Source: Bugula neritina | Taxonomy: Eukaryota > Animalia > Bryozoa | Assembly: GCA_964035545.1 (NCBI GenBank) | Contig: CAXIUT010000057.1 | Coordinates: 283,675 to 311,938 of the forward strand | Reading direction: 5' to 3' | Length of the DNA: 28,264 bases | Part shown: positions 1-13,563 of the stretch, piece after piece | How positions within the stretch are numbered: the first letter of the stretch is position 1 | Layout: each line of letters opens with the position of its first letter | Program-made: the position numbers and the translations under genes | Notes under the pieces: generated by a model | What the model was told of the DNA's origin: nothing | Seen by the model: the letters and a program-made list of their open reading frames with translations, nothing else | Database searches by the model: none

Positions 1-123
1 CCCAACCCCAACCCCAACCCCAACCCCAACCCCAACCCCAACCCCAACCCCAACCCCAACCCCAACCCCAACCCCAACCCCAACCCCAACCCCAACCCCA
101 ACCCCAACCCCAACCCCAACCCC
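1..123 (-). repeat. Left telomere, (CCCCAA)n
   Basis: Perfect C4A2 repeats from base 1 to 123. On the - strand it reads GGGGTT...TTGGG outward (Tetrahymena-type repeat). Confidence 0.98.
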
Positions 124-257
124 GTCAATAATTATAAAGTTAACTTAAACTATCGTATAAATTGTCCAATTCTTATTAAATTGCTTTTATATAAATTGTG
201 ATAAATATTAGTGTAAAATTTCAATAACTATCAATAATAAATCAATAGTGAATCGAA

Positions 258-954
258 TCAGTATCTTTTGTAGTTTTTGCCATCATACATACTCTTAATA
301 TTGAATTTTAGTCTAGACATCTTGATCCCCAACAATCGCTATATATCAACAATCATACCAATAACTTGCATTTCTAAACTGATATCGGCTTATCTTCCTC
401 AGCCAAGAGGTAGTCACTGGTCAACTATATTTTAGAGTTGACCAGTCTTGTAGGTAGACCTAGTTGTCTAAGTAGAGGTTCCATTGAATGGCTAAACTCT
501 TTTAGTCTGTCTAATCCCTTCTCAAGAACGATTGTCTGGGTAGCTACTGCTCCTCCTGTTGCAAATTACTACTCTTAGAAGTTATCAAAGAGCTATTGAC
601 ATTATTTTTTTGATTTGTTTGTGAAGAAGACAGTGCAATGTCCTTTTAAATCCTACTTGAGAGTATTATTACTTCTGTGACACGATAGCTGTTGGGTTTA
701 TACGAGTTGTCTTATTCGTTTCCAAGTGCTATTCCTATAACTTTGTTTTTTCCCATCAAAAACTTAGAGTCAGGCTGGCTCTATCTGAGATTCTTGAAGT
801 TATTGGTGGACATGTTGTCGAAGGTAAGTACATAGAGATATTTGTAGCGACCAAGGAATGTGTGGACTTTGTTGACAATGAATTCTTTGTGTTATCTGGT
901 TTTAGGTTTGACTTGGGTGAGTGAGACAAGCTTGTTTCTTTTTGATTAAGGCAT
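258..954 (-). CDS. MRT4: Ribosome assembly factor Mrt4 (uL10/P0 paralogue)
   Basis: Code 30 translation: MPESKRNKLVSLTQVKPK...SKFLMGKNKVIGIALG...FSHSMEPLLRQLGLPTRL, ending at TGA. Two 20-nt GTA..TAG introns (653-672, 339-358) restore the frame; 218 aa. Confidence 0.93.
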
Positions 955-1086
955 CAACAATTAATATAAGAATACCAATTAGATAATTATTAATATCTGA
1001 TGTCAAGTAATATAAAAATAATTTCTAGGAATTAATTAGATAGAATATTTAAATGACTTGATTGTATAATAGTAGATTTATTAGAT

Positions 1087-4000
1087 ATGAATTTAGATAA
1101 GAAAGATATTTAAGAGGTATAAACTTAAAAGGAAAAAGAAGAAGAAAGAGTTATTGATAAAGAAGGCGAAGAGAAAGAAAAGGAAATTGGCGATTAAAAC
1201 GAACATACTTAAGAGAATAGATAAATTTTGAATAATTAGACAAAAATAAATGAGTAAAGTCATGAAGTATTAGAATAAAAATAGGTTGATTAAGAGGTAT
1301 ATAGTGAAACTAAATCGAATAATAATGAATAAAAAGTAATAAAAGAAGATTAGTAAAGCGAAAATAAGATATAAGGGTAAAATTTATTGGAAAAGAATGT
1401 CTAAAAAGAAGGCTAATAAGGTCTTTAAGATGAAGTAAAAGTATAAAAATAGTAAAATTAGAGTTCTTAGGGATAATAGGAATCTTCATAAAGTAATAAT
1501 GAGAGTTAATAATTAGATGAGAAAAGTGAAAAATCTTAAAATAAAGAGCTTTTAGAGTAAAAATAAGAAGTAAAATAAGAGAATTCAAGTGCTATTAAAG
1601 AAGAGTAAATAAGTGAAACAAAAATTATAGAGTTTCAATTTTAACAAATTCCAGTTGAGTAGTACAGATAGGAAGAAATATTTATTGAAGAAATGAAAAG
1701 ATCAAATGAAGTTGGAGAAGATGTTGATTTTATAGGAGTATAGGATGTAAGAGTGGAAAATTAATATTAAAAAGAGAAAATATAGAATGATAATTAAAAT
1801 AATTAAGAAAGAGAAGAGAATATTTAATAAAAGAAGAAAGAAGAGGAATATCAATAGGATAAAAATTAAATGTAAAGCAATGAAGTAGTTGAAAAGTAAC
1901 CAGCTTAAATTTTTATAGAGAAATTTGTTGCTTAAATCAGTGCAGAGCCAAATATTCAATAAGATAATATTTCTGAAACCAAGGTTGAACAATAATAGTA
2001 AATTTAAATTGTAAAGAAATAGCCAATTCAGATTATACAACTTACAGATCAAGTGTGGGAAGTGATTTATGTTACAAAAAGAAATTAAATTAAAGAGGTA
2101 AAATCTGTTAAAAATATTAAAATAAAAAATGTACTAGAAGTTAAAAAGAGTCATAAGTCAAAGAAAAAAGATAAAGAAGAAAAGTCTGTTAAATAATCAA
2201 AGAAAAAGGATAAAAAATAAGCGTAGATTAAGAATATTGAGATTTAGACGTTTAAGTTAGAAGAACCGAAGAAAGTTGAAGATCAAAAATAAAAGAAATA
2301 AGAAGAAGAATAAATTAAAAATATTCAAACTTCGGCTGCTATATTAGAATAAATTGCTAAGATATCAAGTCAAAAGTAGAAAAAATAAGAATAATTGAAT
2401 GAAAAAGATGTTATAAAGCTAGATAAGCAAGTAAAAAAATCAAAGAAAAAGAAAAAATAATAGGACAGAAGTAAGAATATAAAAGCTGTTGAATAATCAT
2501 CTAATATTAAAGAAGTAGAAATTATAAAAAGTCTATAAAAGTAAAGTGAGAAAGTATAAAATAAAGTGATAACAACTTAAATGATTGAAAATAACGAAAA
2601 AAGTAAAGTTAATACTGTTTTAATTTCCAATACAAATGAGAAAATAAACAAAAAAGAAGAGATTTCTTAAGTTTCTGAGAAAGGTATTGATTAGACAGAT
2701 CAATAGAATAAGAAAGTCTAAAAAATTTAGAATAAAAAGGAAAGTATAAAGGTACCTTTGGTAATAATAGAAAAATAAGAAATAAAACCTTCTTTTAACT
2801 AATTGCCTGAAAAGAAATAAACATAATAAATTTAGATTGATAAATAAAGAAAATAAGACCAAATAATTTTGACTCAGAAAGAATCTTAAATCAAAAATAA
2901 TCCTATTTAACCATAAAAAAAGACATAAATTATCATGATGCAAGAGCTATTAGTTTAAAATAAGGAAGAATAAATTCTTGAGTAACAAATTCAATAACAA
3001 TAAAATAGAGAATTATAAACCAAATCAATTAAATCATAAAAGAAAAAGAAAAAAAAGAAAAAGAAAGTAATTCCTTAATAAAATCCAAAAAAAGATAATA
3101 GTAATTAAAATAACTCACAACCTGGTTCAATAGCAAGACAATTTGAAGACAGAATATCAAAATAGTAATAAAAAGAGCTATAACATATCCAAGCGACTTT
3201 CGATACATAAAGTAACCTTCCAAAACCAAATAATTAGAGTGATACATCTCTTCCTAAATCTTCTCGTATAAAATCATAGAATCTTCCTCCTCTAACAAGT
3301 CAGTTAATTGTGCATTAAGCTTATAAGTAAAGAATGAATTCAACTTATAATGTATTTCTTAAATATGTTTTTAAGTATAATAAGGCAATAGCTTTTTACA
3401 AAAACATAGTTGAAAATGTTGTAGTTTAGATTCAGAAAAGGAAAAATTATAAAAAGAATTTATTGAATGTTTTATTAGAATATTTTTAAAATTATGCTAA
3501 AATTAATAGAGAATTCAACTAAAAGTGTAGTGGATTTATGTTGGCTGAAAAACCAATATCTAAAAATTAGTTTGGGGATATTAGACTTGAATTAGGAAGA
3601 GGATATCAGGATCTAGTTGATACCAGAAAGGTTGTTGCTGATTAAAGTTTAAAAATTAGTAATTTTGTTAGTAATAATATCATAAAAAATATTTAGAAAG
3701 CTTTTAATATTTACTTTTAGAAGATAGAAAGTGAATAAAGAAAACATGCTGAAAGAAAAAAACAACAGTATCAACGAGAAAAGACATTATTGAAGGTGAT
3801 ATCTCAGGTATAGAAGGTATTCAAGAAAGGTTTAGTTGGTAAATTCAAGGTAGATATTCTTTCATAACTATCTCGATTTGTAAACGAAGAAACCACTCAC
3901 AGAGAATACCTAAAAACCTATGGAAAAGGTATTCTTCCATTACGACAAACCTACAAACACGCATAAATATAACTATTTGACACTCTCCAGCCAATCCTCA

Positions 4001-4563
4001 ACGATTTCAAAACCACCTCAAAGACGATATATTCAGTTGGTCATCAATTATTCTAGCATATTTAGGATCTAACTCAAACCATAAAAGAAACAACCAAATA
4101 CGACTAGCTAAGTCCTCTTACAGATATCGACTACATTCGCTATGTTTTATAGATCCAGGAGAGAAAAGAACATCGAGTCTTTGCTAGTCGTCATTTCTAA
4201 AGCTATTTATAGTTGACATACTTTGATCGTTTGGTTGGATAAATCAGAGATGTATACAAAGGAGCAATAAGCAAGATATTTCCGATGGCAGTTCTTCACT
4301 AGTAGCTCATTCACACCATATCTGGCAATTTGGTGCATTTCAATCGCGATACATAGCAAATTCTCAACATCTTCGTGATATCCAACATAAATGCTCGAAT
4401 AATAGGCGATGGAACTGTCGAGTTCGACTAGATACTAAAAGGAATAATATTTGATGACAACCGTACAGTGAGAGTGAAGTTAAGGAGTGTTGATCGTGCG
4501 TAGGAGTTGATATGTTATTTGGATGAGAAATCTCAGGATTTGGTGGTTTAGTAAAATAATTGA
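1087..4563 (+). CDS. Large hypothetical protein: Glu/Lys/Asn-rich low-complexity N-terminus, then a helical (BAR-like?) and beta-rich (PH-like?) C-terminal part
   Basis: TGA-free frame of 1158 codons, ending at TGA 4561-4563. The start is uncertain (an in-frame ATG at 1000 is followed by TGA at 1054). The domain guess is inference only. Confidence 0.75.
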
Positions 4564-4585
4564 TAATATGATAGCTTTGAAAATA

Positions 4586-6157
4586 TCAGAATAAATATTT
4601 TTTCATTTATCTTTTACGATGTTATGGATCTTATTTCTTACGAAGAACTTATGATTTTGATGGAGTCATCTTATTCAATAATTTGTTTAAAAATTTACCA
4701 ACACTTCCTTCACGGTTATCTGACTAAACCTTATTTCCTTATGTTTTCATCCTTGAACTAAATGACTTCTTGTCCATTGATGGAACTCGCTTCTAAATCA
4801 TTTATATACTTGGATTCATTTGTAGTTTGTTCTGTCTTGATGTTGTTGATTGAGAACATAACTTTTTCTCCTTTTTTTATGTGTCAAACCAAGTTTTTTT
4901 CCTTTAAGTTTGATTGATCTATTTCTAATAGTCTTTTATGTAGATATCTAATAGTTATCTACTTGATACTCTTTTGTTGATATCTACTTATAATGATTTT
5001 TTCAGGAGATTCAGCTAAGAATCAAGCAATTGGTTATGATGACGGGTATCGAGTGAAAAAATAGCTTTTTTGTTCATAGTTAGGAGTTCTTTTGGGTTGC
5101 CATTGAATGGAAAGACAGCTCTTAGAAGTAATCTTAGTAAAATATTTGGTACATGAAATGAAAAATAACTCCTAGGGAGAAGACATCACAGACATGTGAG
5201 ACAATGACTTTAGATCTGGTACTTTTAAGGATTTAAGGAGCAATGTATCCTGGTGTTCCACATTTCTAGTACAACAAATTGGTTTATCCTATCCAAGAAG
5301 AAAGTCCAAAATCAGTAATGACATAATTTTTGCTTTTATCTTTATTTATTCTTATCATTATATTTTATAACTTCAGATCTCGATGTACTATTCTTTTCTG
5401 TCGCATATGTTCAAGTCCTTCGGTAATATCTCTGATTGCTCTGTATTTTAATTATGGAATATTGACTTGATTCTAAGTTATAATATAGATACATTTTTAA
5501 GTTCTTAGAGAAGTGTTCCACCTTCTAGGTATTCTAGAACTGCTACTAGTTCTTTTTTTGATATGAAAAGACTTTATATAGATACGATGAAGGGATTCTT
5601 CATGCATCTAAGTATTTTTGTTTCATTGATAAAAGCATCCTTTATGAACAAAGAAATACATATTATTTATTTTACGATGTCTTCAGAGATATTATTTTTG
5701 CTGCAAATTTCTTTTTATCTGATTTGCGTTCAGCCAGATATACTTTGGCAGTAGCTCCTTTACCAAGTTACTTTATTAATGTAAATTTTTATTAAAATCC
5801 TAACTAACAAAGCTTTCTCCTGAGAATTTAATGCACGATTGATAGATCTGAAGATTTTTGAAGAACAAATTAGAGTTCAGGTTTTTATTTTTTTATTTTA
5901 AGGATGGAAATCTTCATTGTATTTTAGTTAACTCTGAAAGCAATGTCTTGTTTGGCGAAAGAGATAACTTTATCATGACTTTACAATTAATTTAGACTGG
6001 GTAGAGTGACATTAGTGGTTGGTAAAGTTTTTTATCTATTTTTTGAGTATTGAATAATTTGATCTGGAAAGATAGCTATTGAGATTTCAGGTAGCCATAG
6101 TAGAGGATCATTATAGTGTTATCTTATTGTGCTTTATTGAAATTATGATGCTTTCAT
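4586..6157 (-). CDS. Ser/Thr protein kinase (CAMK-like) with an N-terminal extension, possibly PH-like
   Basis: Motifs LGKGATAKVY, FAAK, HRDLKL(TAA=E)NIM, DFG, CGTPGYIAP(TAA=E)IL, CDVFSLG. Three 20-nt introns; 503 aa. Confidence 0.93.
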
Positions 6158-6255
6158 AGTTATTAATTATTGCTCTTGAATGTAAATATTAATATGATAG
6201 CAATCATTGGTGATAAATAATATCTATGAGTGCTATTGACTTGATAAAGATAAAA

Positions 6256-8558
6256 TCAAAATATTTAATCCCAGTTAGGATGTTTGGGAACCATTGGCTT
6301 CTACATCTTTAACTTCTGCTTTTGAATATAACTCATTAGATACTGACTTTTACTATTACACTTGTTATGAGCTCTGGGTTTTACAGGGACATTCATTCTT
6401 TGATTTTAGAGTTAGTTCCAATTGAATTTTTTGAAAAATGCCATATTCTTTATCTCAGAGAAATCATCAACTGATCTCTTTTAGGAGTGTTTTTCAAGTA
6501 ATCTTTTTATTATTTAAATTCCTGCAGGATCAGAATAGCTTTTCGGAAATCTGAGATCGTTCTTATCTATTTCTTTGTAGATACTAACTGGATCATCTGA
6601 GTATCCTCCATATGGTAGCACTCCACACACCATTTCATAGAGAATGATGCCAAGAGACCAAATATCAACTGAAAAAGAATATCCTTTAGCTTCCATCACC
6701 TAAGGCGCCATGTAGTGAGGTGTACCTAAGTATATTTAAACATACCTATGATGGTAAATGTTCTATATCCTGTATCTGAATCTTATTTGAGTAGTTTTGC
6801 TGTTCCGAGGTCGATCATATGGAGATAGCCATTGACATCAACAACTGCATTTTACGGTTTTAGATCTCTATAGATGATAGAATTTTTATGAAGATATTCA
6901 ATAGATAGAATGAGACATCCGATGTAGAACTGAGCGCATGTTGTATTGCAAATACCTAGTTCTGAAAGAAAATCAAAGAAATCTCCTCCTTATATATAAT
7001 TCATGAGCAAATATACGAAATGGCTATCTTTGAAGGTTTCATGCAATCTAACAATGAAAGGAGAATCAATGGTTTGTAGAAGTTCTTTTTAGCAAACTAA
7101 AAACTTTTACATTTAGTGCTTGAGAACTATATTCTTCTATACGCATTTTAGAGCATAAAATTGTTGAGTTTTTTTATTTTATACCAAGTAGACCTTACCC
7201 ATTTGACCTTATCCCAGTTTATTCAAAACGTAGAGATCTTTAAGTTCTGCTTTAGGCATAGATAGAGTAGCATGTGAGCTAACTATTTCTTTTTTAGTGT
7301 CAATTTTTTTAATAGTTTACAAATTTTTTTTCCGTTATTTATTTTTTTATTTTTGGATAAGTTTCAAAGATACTGAAAAAACATAGCCTGTTTCTTTTTT
7401 GATTAGTTTATCAGCTGATATAAAACTATCTCCATTGTCTTCTAGAGCTTAATTTTAATTAACAATGAATCCTATTTTCCAATCATTGATCGTGCCTTCA
7501 AGAGGAATATATATTTTATCGTCCATTGATCCTGAATCAGCAATAAGTTCTTAATCTTCTTTTAATTAGAAATTTCCCAAAGAGATGAGTTTAGATTCAT
7601 TGAAAGTTGTAAATCCTTTGAATATTTATGATCTTCTTAAAGACCATTTTACTATATTATGAAATAGAAGTTCTTCAAGTGACTTATCTCCTAAACATAA
7701 CTTAAGACCTTATCTACTCATGGCTAATAATTATGTTTTTTACTTACAAAGAGCTGTTCCTGATCGGATTTGTCCATGTTTAAGACAATTTTAACCAAAA
7801 GAGTCTCCGTTTTTAAATTTTATAGGTTCTTTGCTCGGTATTTGTATTTCAACTAGTCCAGAAATAATAATGTAGAAAGAAGTAGCATCATCACCTTCTT
7901 TGAAGATCATTTAATTTTAGGAATATTTTAGAGTGTTCATGTTATAACTGATTGAATCTTTTTGCTTACCTGATAGAAAACTAAATAGAGGTAACTTATT
8001 TACAAAAGGTTTGGCTAAGCGATAGTTACTTTTGATCATTTATTTTTGAATTTTCAGGAACAGATGTTGACTTAGACACCAGAAAGTGCTTTTTTATAAG
8101 GCTTTAATTGATGCAGAACGAGGTGCTGAATAGATGAGTCCGAGTTATCCAAAGTAGTCTCCTCTTGATAGTTTATTAACTGTTGCATTATTGATTTAAA
8201 TCTGCACTGAACCTGAGTGGATGACGAAGAACATGCTTGCAGGCATTCCTTGTTCGAAAACATACTAGTTTTCTTAAGCTTAGTATGCATCCATAGCTTT
8301 TGCTAATTATTTTCTTTCTCTTTTGCTTAATTTGAAGAGAAGAAAGTGGTTGTGGATGGTTTTTTCTATGAATTCTAGATCTTCAGGTGTTTTGGGTCGA
8401 TTTACTTGTTTTACATTTTAGAATATTTTCTATGCTGAAGAACTGGTATGTATTCTTTAGTGGAGGTTCTTTTTTCTGTTGTGACCATTGGTATTCTTGC
8501 CTACAAATTATCCATCTAGATCTAGATTGGAAGTCAATCTTGATTCTTAGCAGCCCAT
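6256..8558 (-). CDS. cGMP-dependent protein kinase-like (PKG)
   Basis: MGC N-terminus (acylation-type). cNMP motif FG(TAA=E)LGLIYSAPRSAS, followed by further cNMP-like repeats. Kinase motifs YRDLKP(TAA=E)N, DLG, GTPHYMAP(TAG=E), and C-terminal NWDEIF*. One 20-nt intron at 6726-6745; 760 aa. Confidence 0.9.
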
Positions 8559-8835
8559 TGTTTGTTTCTTTCTTTCTATAAAACTATTTATATAGAAATT
8601 GAAGAAAAATAGAACAAACAATTGATAGTTAAATTTTTTAACTTGCTAATAGAAACATAATCAGAACTGTTCTTTTCAAATCAATATGATTAATATATTA
8701 ATAGCTCAGAGAACAAAAAAGGATATATTTTATTGATTTTTTTATATTGAATTTTCTCAATAGTAAAAATTATAATCATAATATGTTCATCTTATATTAT
8801 ATTGCTAAATATTAAATACTACAATACTTGATAAA

Positions 8836-10946
8836 TCATTTCTTATTCTCTTTATCTTTTGCGTCTCCACAAACTTCAAGGACTCGAGTCTTCAAATAAA
8901 CATCAAAAAGATTCTTAGTTGCGATCAAATCAGCCGTCGCTCCTGGGAACTTCAATGTCATTTCTTTCTTATTAGCCTCCTGTTCAGTGAGAACTTCCAT
9001 CTCATCTCTCATCTTTTTATAAGATTTAAGTAAATCATCAAGTTAATTTTATTTTCTTCTGAGTTTTTAGTTAAGATCTGTCTGTTTATTGGCTTCTAAT
9101 TTAAGAGCAGATTCATGATCTATTTTGAGGTTATCAATAGTAAATGCAAAAGTGGCCTATATAATAAAAAAAGTACTTATAATCTTTTCTTTTGTTAGTC
9201 AAGCATTTCATTAGTTTTTTGATCTTTTTTGATAAGTTTACTTCTCAAATCATCATTCTACCTTTATAATTTCTTTTATCTTTATTCAGTAACTCTTGCC
9301 CTGTCTTGTAAATTTTTAATCTATCGATCTTTAAATGATATAGTTTCTTTCAAAGCGACCATCTATCTTTCTAAGATACTATTTCTTGATGAAAGATTTT
9401 AAACTTTTGTCTTGAGAGTAGTGATGGTGCCTTCCAACTAATATGAAATATCTTAAATCTGTTTATCTTTTTCAGATCTTTATCTATTGAGACTATCTCT
9501 GAGTGTAATATTATCGCTTTTGAGGTCATCAATAGCTTATTGATACTGTTGTTCTTTTTATCTATTTTTCATTTTCTAGCTATCGACTTATACTTTTTGT
9601 TGGTCGATGATTTGTTTAAGAGTTCTAACTTAATTTTAATGATTCTAATTTTGATCTTGATTAAGTTTATCAAGATAGTCGATATGTTTAGTTTTTTCTT
9701 TGATTTTTTCTTAAGCACTATTCATGGCATCAGAATATCTATAATCAACTTATTTAATTTTAATTTGCAAGGACTATATCTATTATTTAAGTCGATTTCC
9801 CTAACTATCAAACATCTGTCTGATAGATGATTTTTATTTGATAAGTTGTTATATTTATGTACCTTTTTTATTTATACCTGCCTATAATTTAACTATCTCA
9901 TTTTGAAGACATTCGATATATTTTTGTTGGTTTATTCTCATCTATTAGATCTCGCTTTCATGGACTTTATTTAGTTTTACTTTCAATGCGTCTTTCTATG
10001 ATTAGGCATTTCTCTAAGATTCTACAAGTTTGTTTCGTAAAGATTAGTTCTATCGCTTGCCAAATGTCAAATTATCTTCATAGCTGTTTTTGTATTTATT
10101 TAGTTTTGAAGTTATTTGGTCTAGTTCATTATTTTTGGCTTCAACTAGATCTTTAAGTTTCATATTTTATAATTCAAAAGCTTCAAGACTGGACAAATGA
10201 TTTTTTTTGATAGATTCTATTTATTCAAGATAGTTAGCTTATAATTTGGTTCTAATGGCATCAAGTTCTTTTTTTCTATCATTTTCGACATACATAAGTT
10301 AACTTCTTAACTTCTATTTTTCTTATTTCAATCTAATGATATCATATTCTGCTTCAGAAGAAAATCTTTTCAATCTATTCATAGTATCACCCATCTAGTA
10401 TTATTTTTTATCAAGTTGATCTCTAAGTTTTCTGATTTATTGTTCATAGACATCTTGATTGTTGTTGGTTTGTCTTTTAACTGTTTGAATTTCAAGTTGA
10501 TGTTGTGATTTTATCTCATTTATCTGAGCATTCTTTATATGCTAGACTTCTTTCAGTTAGTTTTCAAGAGAATCCAGTTAGGCCAATAGTTTTTTACGTT
10601 AGTATTCGAATTAAGAAGCATATTATAGTTTTTGGGATGATTGTGCTTCAAATTTATCTTTGACTATTTAGAACTATTGTTTCTTTTGATGAAGAAGTTT
10701 CGATAGTCTTTAATTTTATGATAGTAGTTGTGAATTTTGTTTAAGAATAGCTTCAACTTTTTCTTATAGCTCTACTACCTTTTTACATTTAGCTTTAAGG
10801 ATAGCATTCTATTACTCCAACATGATCAAGTCAGCTCTCAGTAGTTATTTAATTCTATTGGAGTGGTCATCAAGTTCAGAAGAAATGATATCTCTTCTAG
10901 GACTGGGTCGCTCTACAGGTGTGCGGAAAGAGGAACGATCTCTCAT
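8836..10946 (-). CDS. Long coiled-coil protein, function unknown
   Basis: Frame MRDRSSFRTPVERPSPRR...CGDAKDKENKK*, rich in E/K/L heptads. One 20-nt intron at 9157-9176 makes the length a multiple of 3 (696 aa). The 9180-9660 segment was not read codon by codon. Confidence 0.82.
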
Positions 10947-11073
10947 CTTAACGATTCTTTAGTAATAAATTATATTGTAATTTATCTGATATCATTTCTA
11001 TTAATATTCTTATCTAATTAGTGATATTACTGTCATATTAAAATGACTTTTTGATATTCTTTTACTATTTATC

Positions 11074-11646
11074 ATGTTGAAACATCATCTCATTTATCCT
11101 CAGGTTAATCATCATAACTATGGATAGTTTGTACACTATCTTACCCTTGGAGCTCATCAGGCGCCTTATAAATTAGATAGAATTGTTGCTTTTTCTGTTG
11201 TTACGCTTAATACTAAAGAAAGATTGCCTGAAATCAAAGAAAAACAGTATAGAACTTGGCTTTTACCAATAAAAGGTAATTTTAGGGTAGATTCTATTGA
11301 TGTTAAAGTAGATGATGAGAATATTGAGAATGGGAAAGTTTTAGAACAGCCAAATATTATCAATAATTAGGGAGAATAAAGGTGTATGTTTTTGTATGTT
11401 GCAAGTAGAGGAGATAAACATTTAGACTGTTCTTTCCAAAAAGTACAAAAAGATACCAAAATTAACATGAATCGATAGTTTATTTTTATATTTAGGGGAA
11501 AACTGATATACTAGGACCAAAATATTGAAACAATATTGAAAGCTAGATCCGATCTACCTTTCAAACCTCTTCTTTATGCTTCATAACCGCTAACAGTTAC
11601 AGTAGAAGCAGGAACTATATATACTTTGATAAGTGATTCTGAATGA
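11074..11646 (+). CDS. Hypothetical protein, possibly a degenerate pirin/bicupin-like fold
   Basis: Intronless 190-aa ORF MLKHHLIYPQVNHHNYGEFVHYLTLG...TWLLPIKGNFRV...FIFIFRGKLIY. The two beta-rich halves carry cupin-like hydrophobic-x-x-G strands. The fold is inference. Confidence 0.65.
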
Positions 11647-11666
11647 TAGATTGTTAATATCATATA

Positions 11667-13521
11667 TCAATACATTTCTTATTTTTTAGTTGGAGTTCTA
11701 AGAACGACTGATTTCATTTTACGGGCTAAGAAAAGAATAGCTCCTGCACTACCAATTCCACCCAAGACTTTGTAATGAGCTGTTATTGAGTGATCTGGGA
11801 GATAGTCATCGATAACCGCGCCTACTATGAAACAAGTAAGAATGACCTTAATATTATGAAAGATACAATGAAGAGGAGAACCCAGACTGCATTTATTGAT
11901 GAATGCCGGATAGTTTAACTTGGATTTCTTTTTGGTTTTATTTTACCTAAATGGAAATCGATGTAATCTTGATCTCTGGAATCATAGAAATTTCCTAAGA
12001 AATATCTTTTGACTCCAAAGTAGGCATCATTGAAGTTTCCTTTGAGAGTTCTTTTGCCTGTTGCTGTAAAATCTGTCTTCATTGCTGGTGTTCCTGAATA
12101 GAGCAAGCTAACAGCATTTGCATTGTTCAGCCATTGCAATCTGAACATTTATTCAATATTTTATGGTAATTTTTAAAAAGCTGAAGAATGCCTGCTTTTA
12201 TTGATGATTCCTACTTTACTCATCCAATTGAGCAACATGTTTCTTGCAATAACTGATTGAACAACATTGGTTCGATCCAGACAATCCATACAGTTAGTTC
12301 TAAATATCCCTTTTTGGATGTTTTTCTTTACAGGCCGTTCATTTCTGTCAACTGAAGAAGCACTCATCTATTTGTCTTTGCTTGTTTCGATATGGAAATA
12401 TCCATAGTTATCCAAATCGTGATTCATTTGATCAAGTAGTTTTGAAAGGTTCTAGTATTTCATGTTTTTGCATTAAGCGTGGAAATCAAACCAGATAAGT
12501 ACCATGTTGGGAAAATCTAAATTTCTATGTGTTTTTTAGAAGTATTATCCCAATCTCTTTTGAGATCCTTTTCGATCAATAAGGTTGATAAGAGTGCAGT
12601 TTTAATAGTTCTTTTGGATATCTTATAGATTTTTTTTCATGACATCGCAGTTTATTCTGTCATTGTCGCTGATATTAACAGTGGGACTCCATTTAAGATC
12701 TGGAGTTTGTCTCCAGATAAAGGGCATTGATCCTCTGAGTTGTACATGAGAGTAGATATGTCTTCTTCCATCAAACTAAGTCTGTATAATACTCTATGTT
12801 TAAGCAGTATTGACAGTATTTCCATCAAGATCAGCCCCTCTAACAACCCACCTTCTTCCCTGTCTTCTTCTATCTCTTCTCGTAAGCAAAATCAAATCAT
12901 AAGTTGATGCACCTACATGTGTGAAGCCGATATGTATATATCCTGAAATAAATCCTGTGATCCACTCGTATGCTTTGAGTTTTATAAAATCATCGATCCA
13001 GTCAGCATTGTACATGTATTAAAGACGTTTGTTTTTGAGAGAATATCCGTTTGAGACGAATTGTTGTAAAGAATTGGATAGGTCATACTCGTCTGAAAAA
13101 TACCAATATTTATTTGAAAAAATGTTGTCAAGACCATTGATGTATTGTTTATCTTTAGGACTTTATTCGTTGGAGAGACAAAAATATTACATTTTTTGAA
13201 CTTGGAATATTTTTCTTCCAAATATTTGACCAATCAATGAGGCTCTGGTCACAGCCACAAGATAGCTATTGACTTCCATATCGATTATTCCATAGACTGC
13301 TTTGATTTGTACTTTCTATATGCTTTAAAGACTACCTTTTTAAAGTTGAGGTTATTGTTTGGTTTTTAAACTTTTTTACATCCTGAGTATGGAAAGGACC
13401 TAAATAGGAGGAAGGGATACAATTCGAGTGCATAGTTACATTTTTTGAATTCTAGAAGAATTCTATTGGTTTATATGGTGAGATCTTTATTGAAGTCTGT
13501 GAAGTAGTCGCAATCTACCAT
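11667..13521 (-). CDS. SAC1: Sac1-type phosphoinositide phosphatase with C-terminal transmembrane segments
   Basis: Motifs WYFSDEYDLSNSLQ, GRRWVVRGADLDGNTVN, catalytic FRTNCMDCLDRTNVVQ (CX5RT), YSGTPAMKTDFT and QDYIDFHLG, then two hydrophobic stretches. Two 20-nt introns plus a probable 21-nt intron (13400-13420). Confidence 0.93.
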
Positions 13522-13563
13522 TCTGACCACGTTTATATCAAATCAATATATAGTATTAGGCAA

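Noticed and set aside
946-954. TAA at the usually basic third residue of Mrt4 (MP-x-SKR), and TAA at a usually-Gln site in Mak16, hinting at UAA=Lys or Gln
   Set aside because: These are isolated non-catalytic positions. Many invariant catalytic or structural Glu sites use TAA, so Glu is the consistent reading.
1310-3247. Hydrophobic F/L/I-rich - strand ORFs in the track (similar ones at 9540, 14862, 15492, 23773)
   Set aside because: They are antisense shadows of A-rich Glu/Lys coding sequence on the opposite strand.
8385-8658. Upstream out-of-frame ORF overlapping the PKG start; also a long antisense open frame over 11074-11646 and dual open frames at 22328-22789
   Set aside because: With TGA as the only stop, open frames of this length arise by chance, and no motifs are recognisable.
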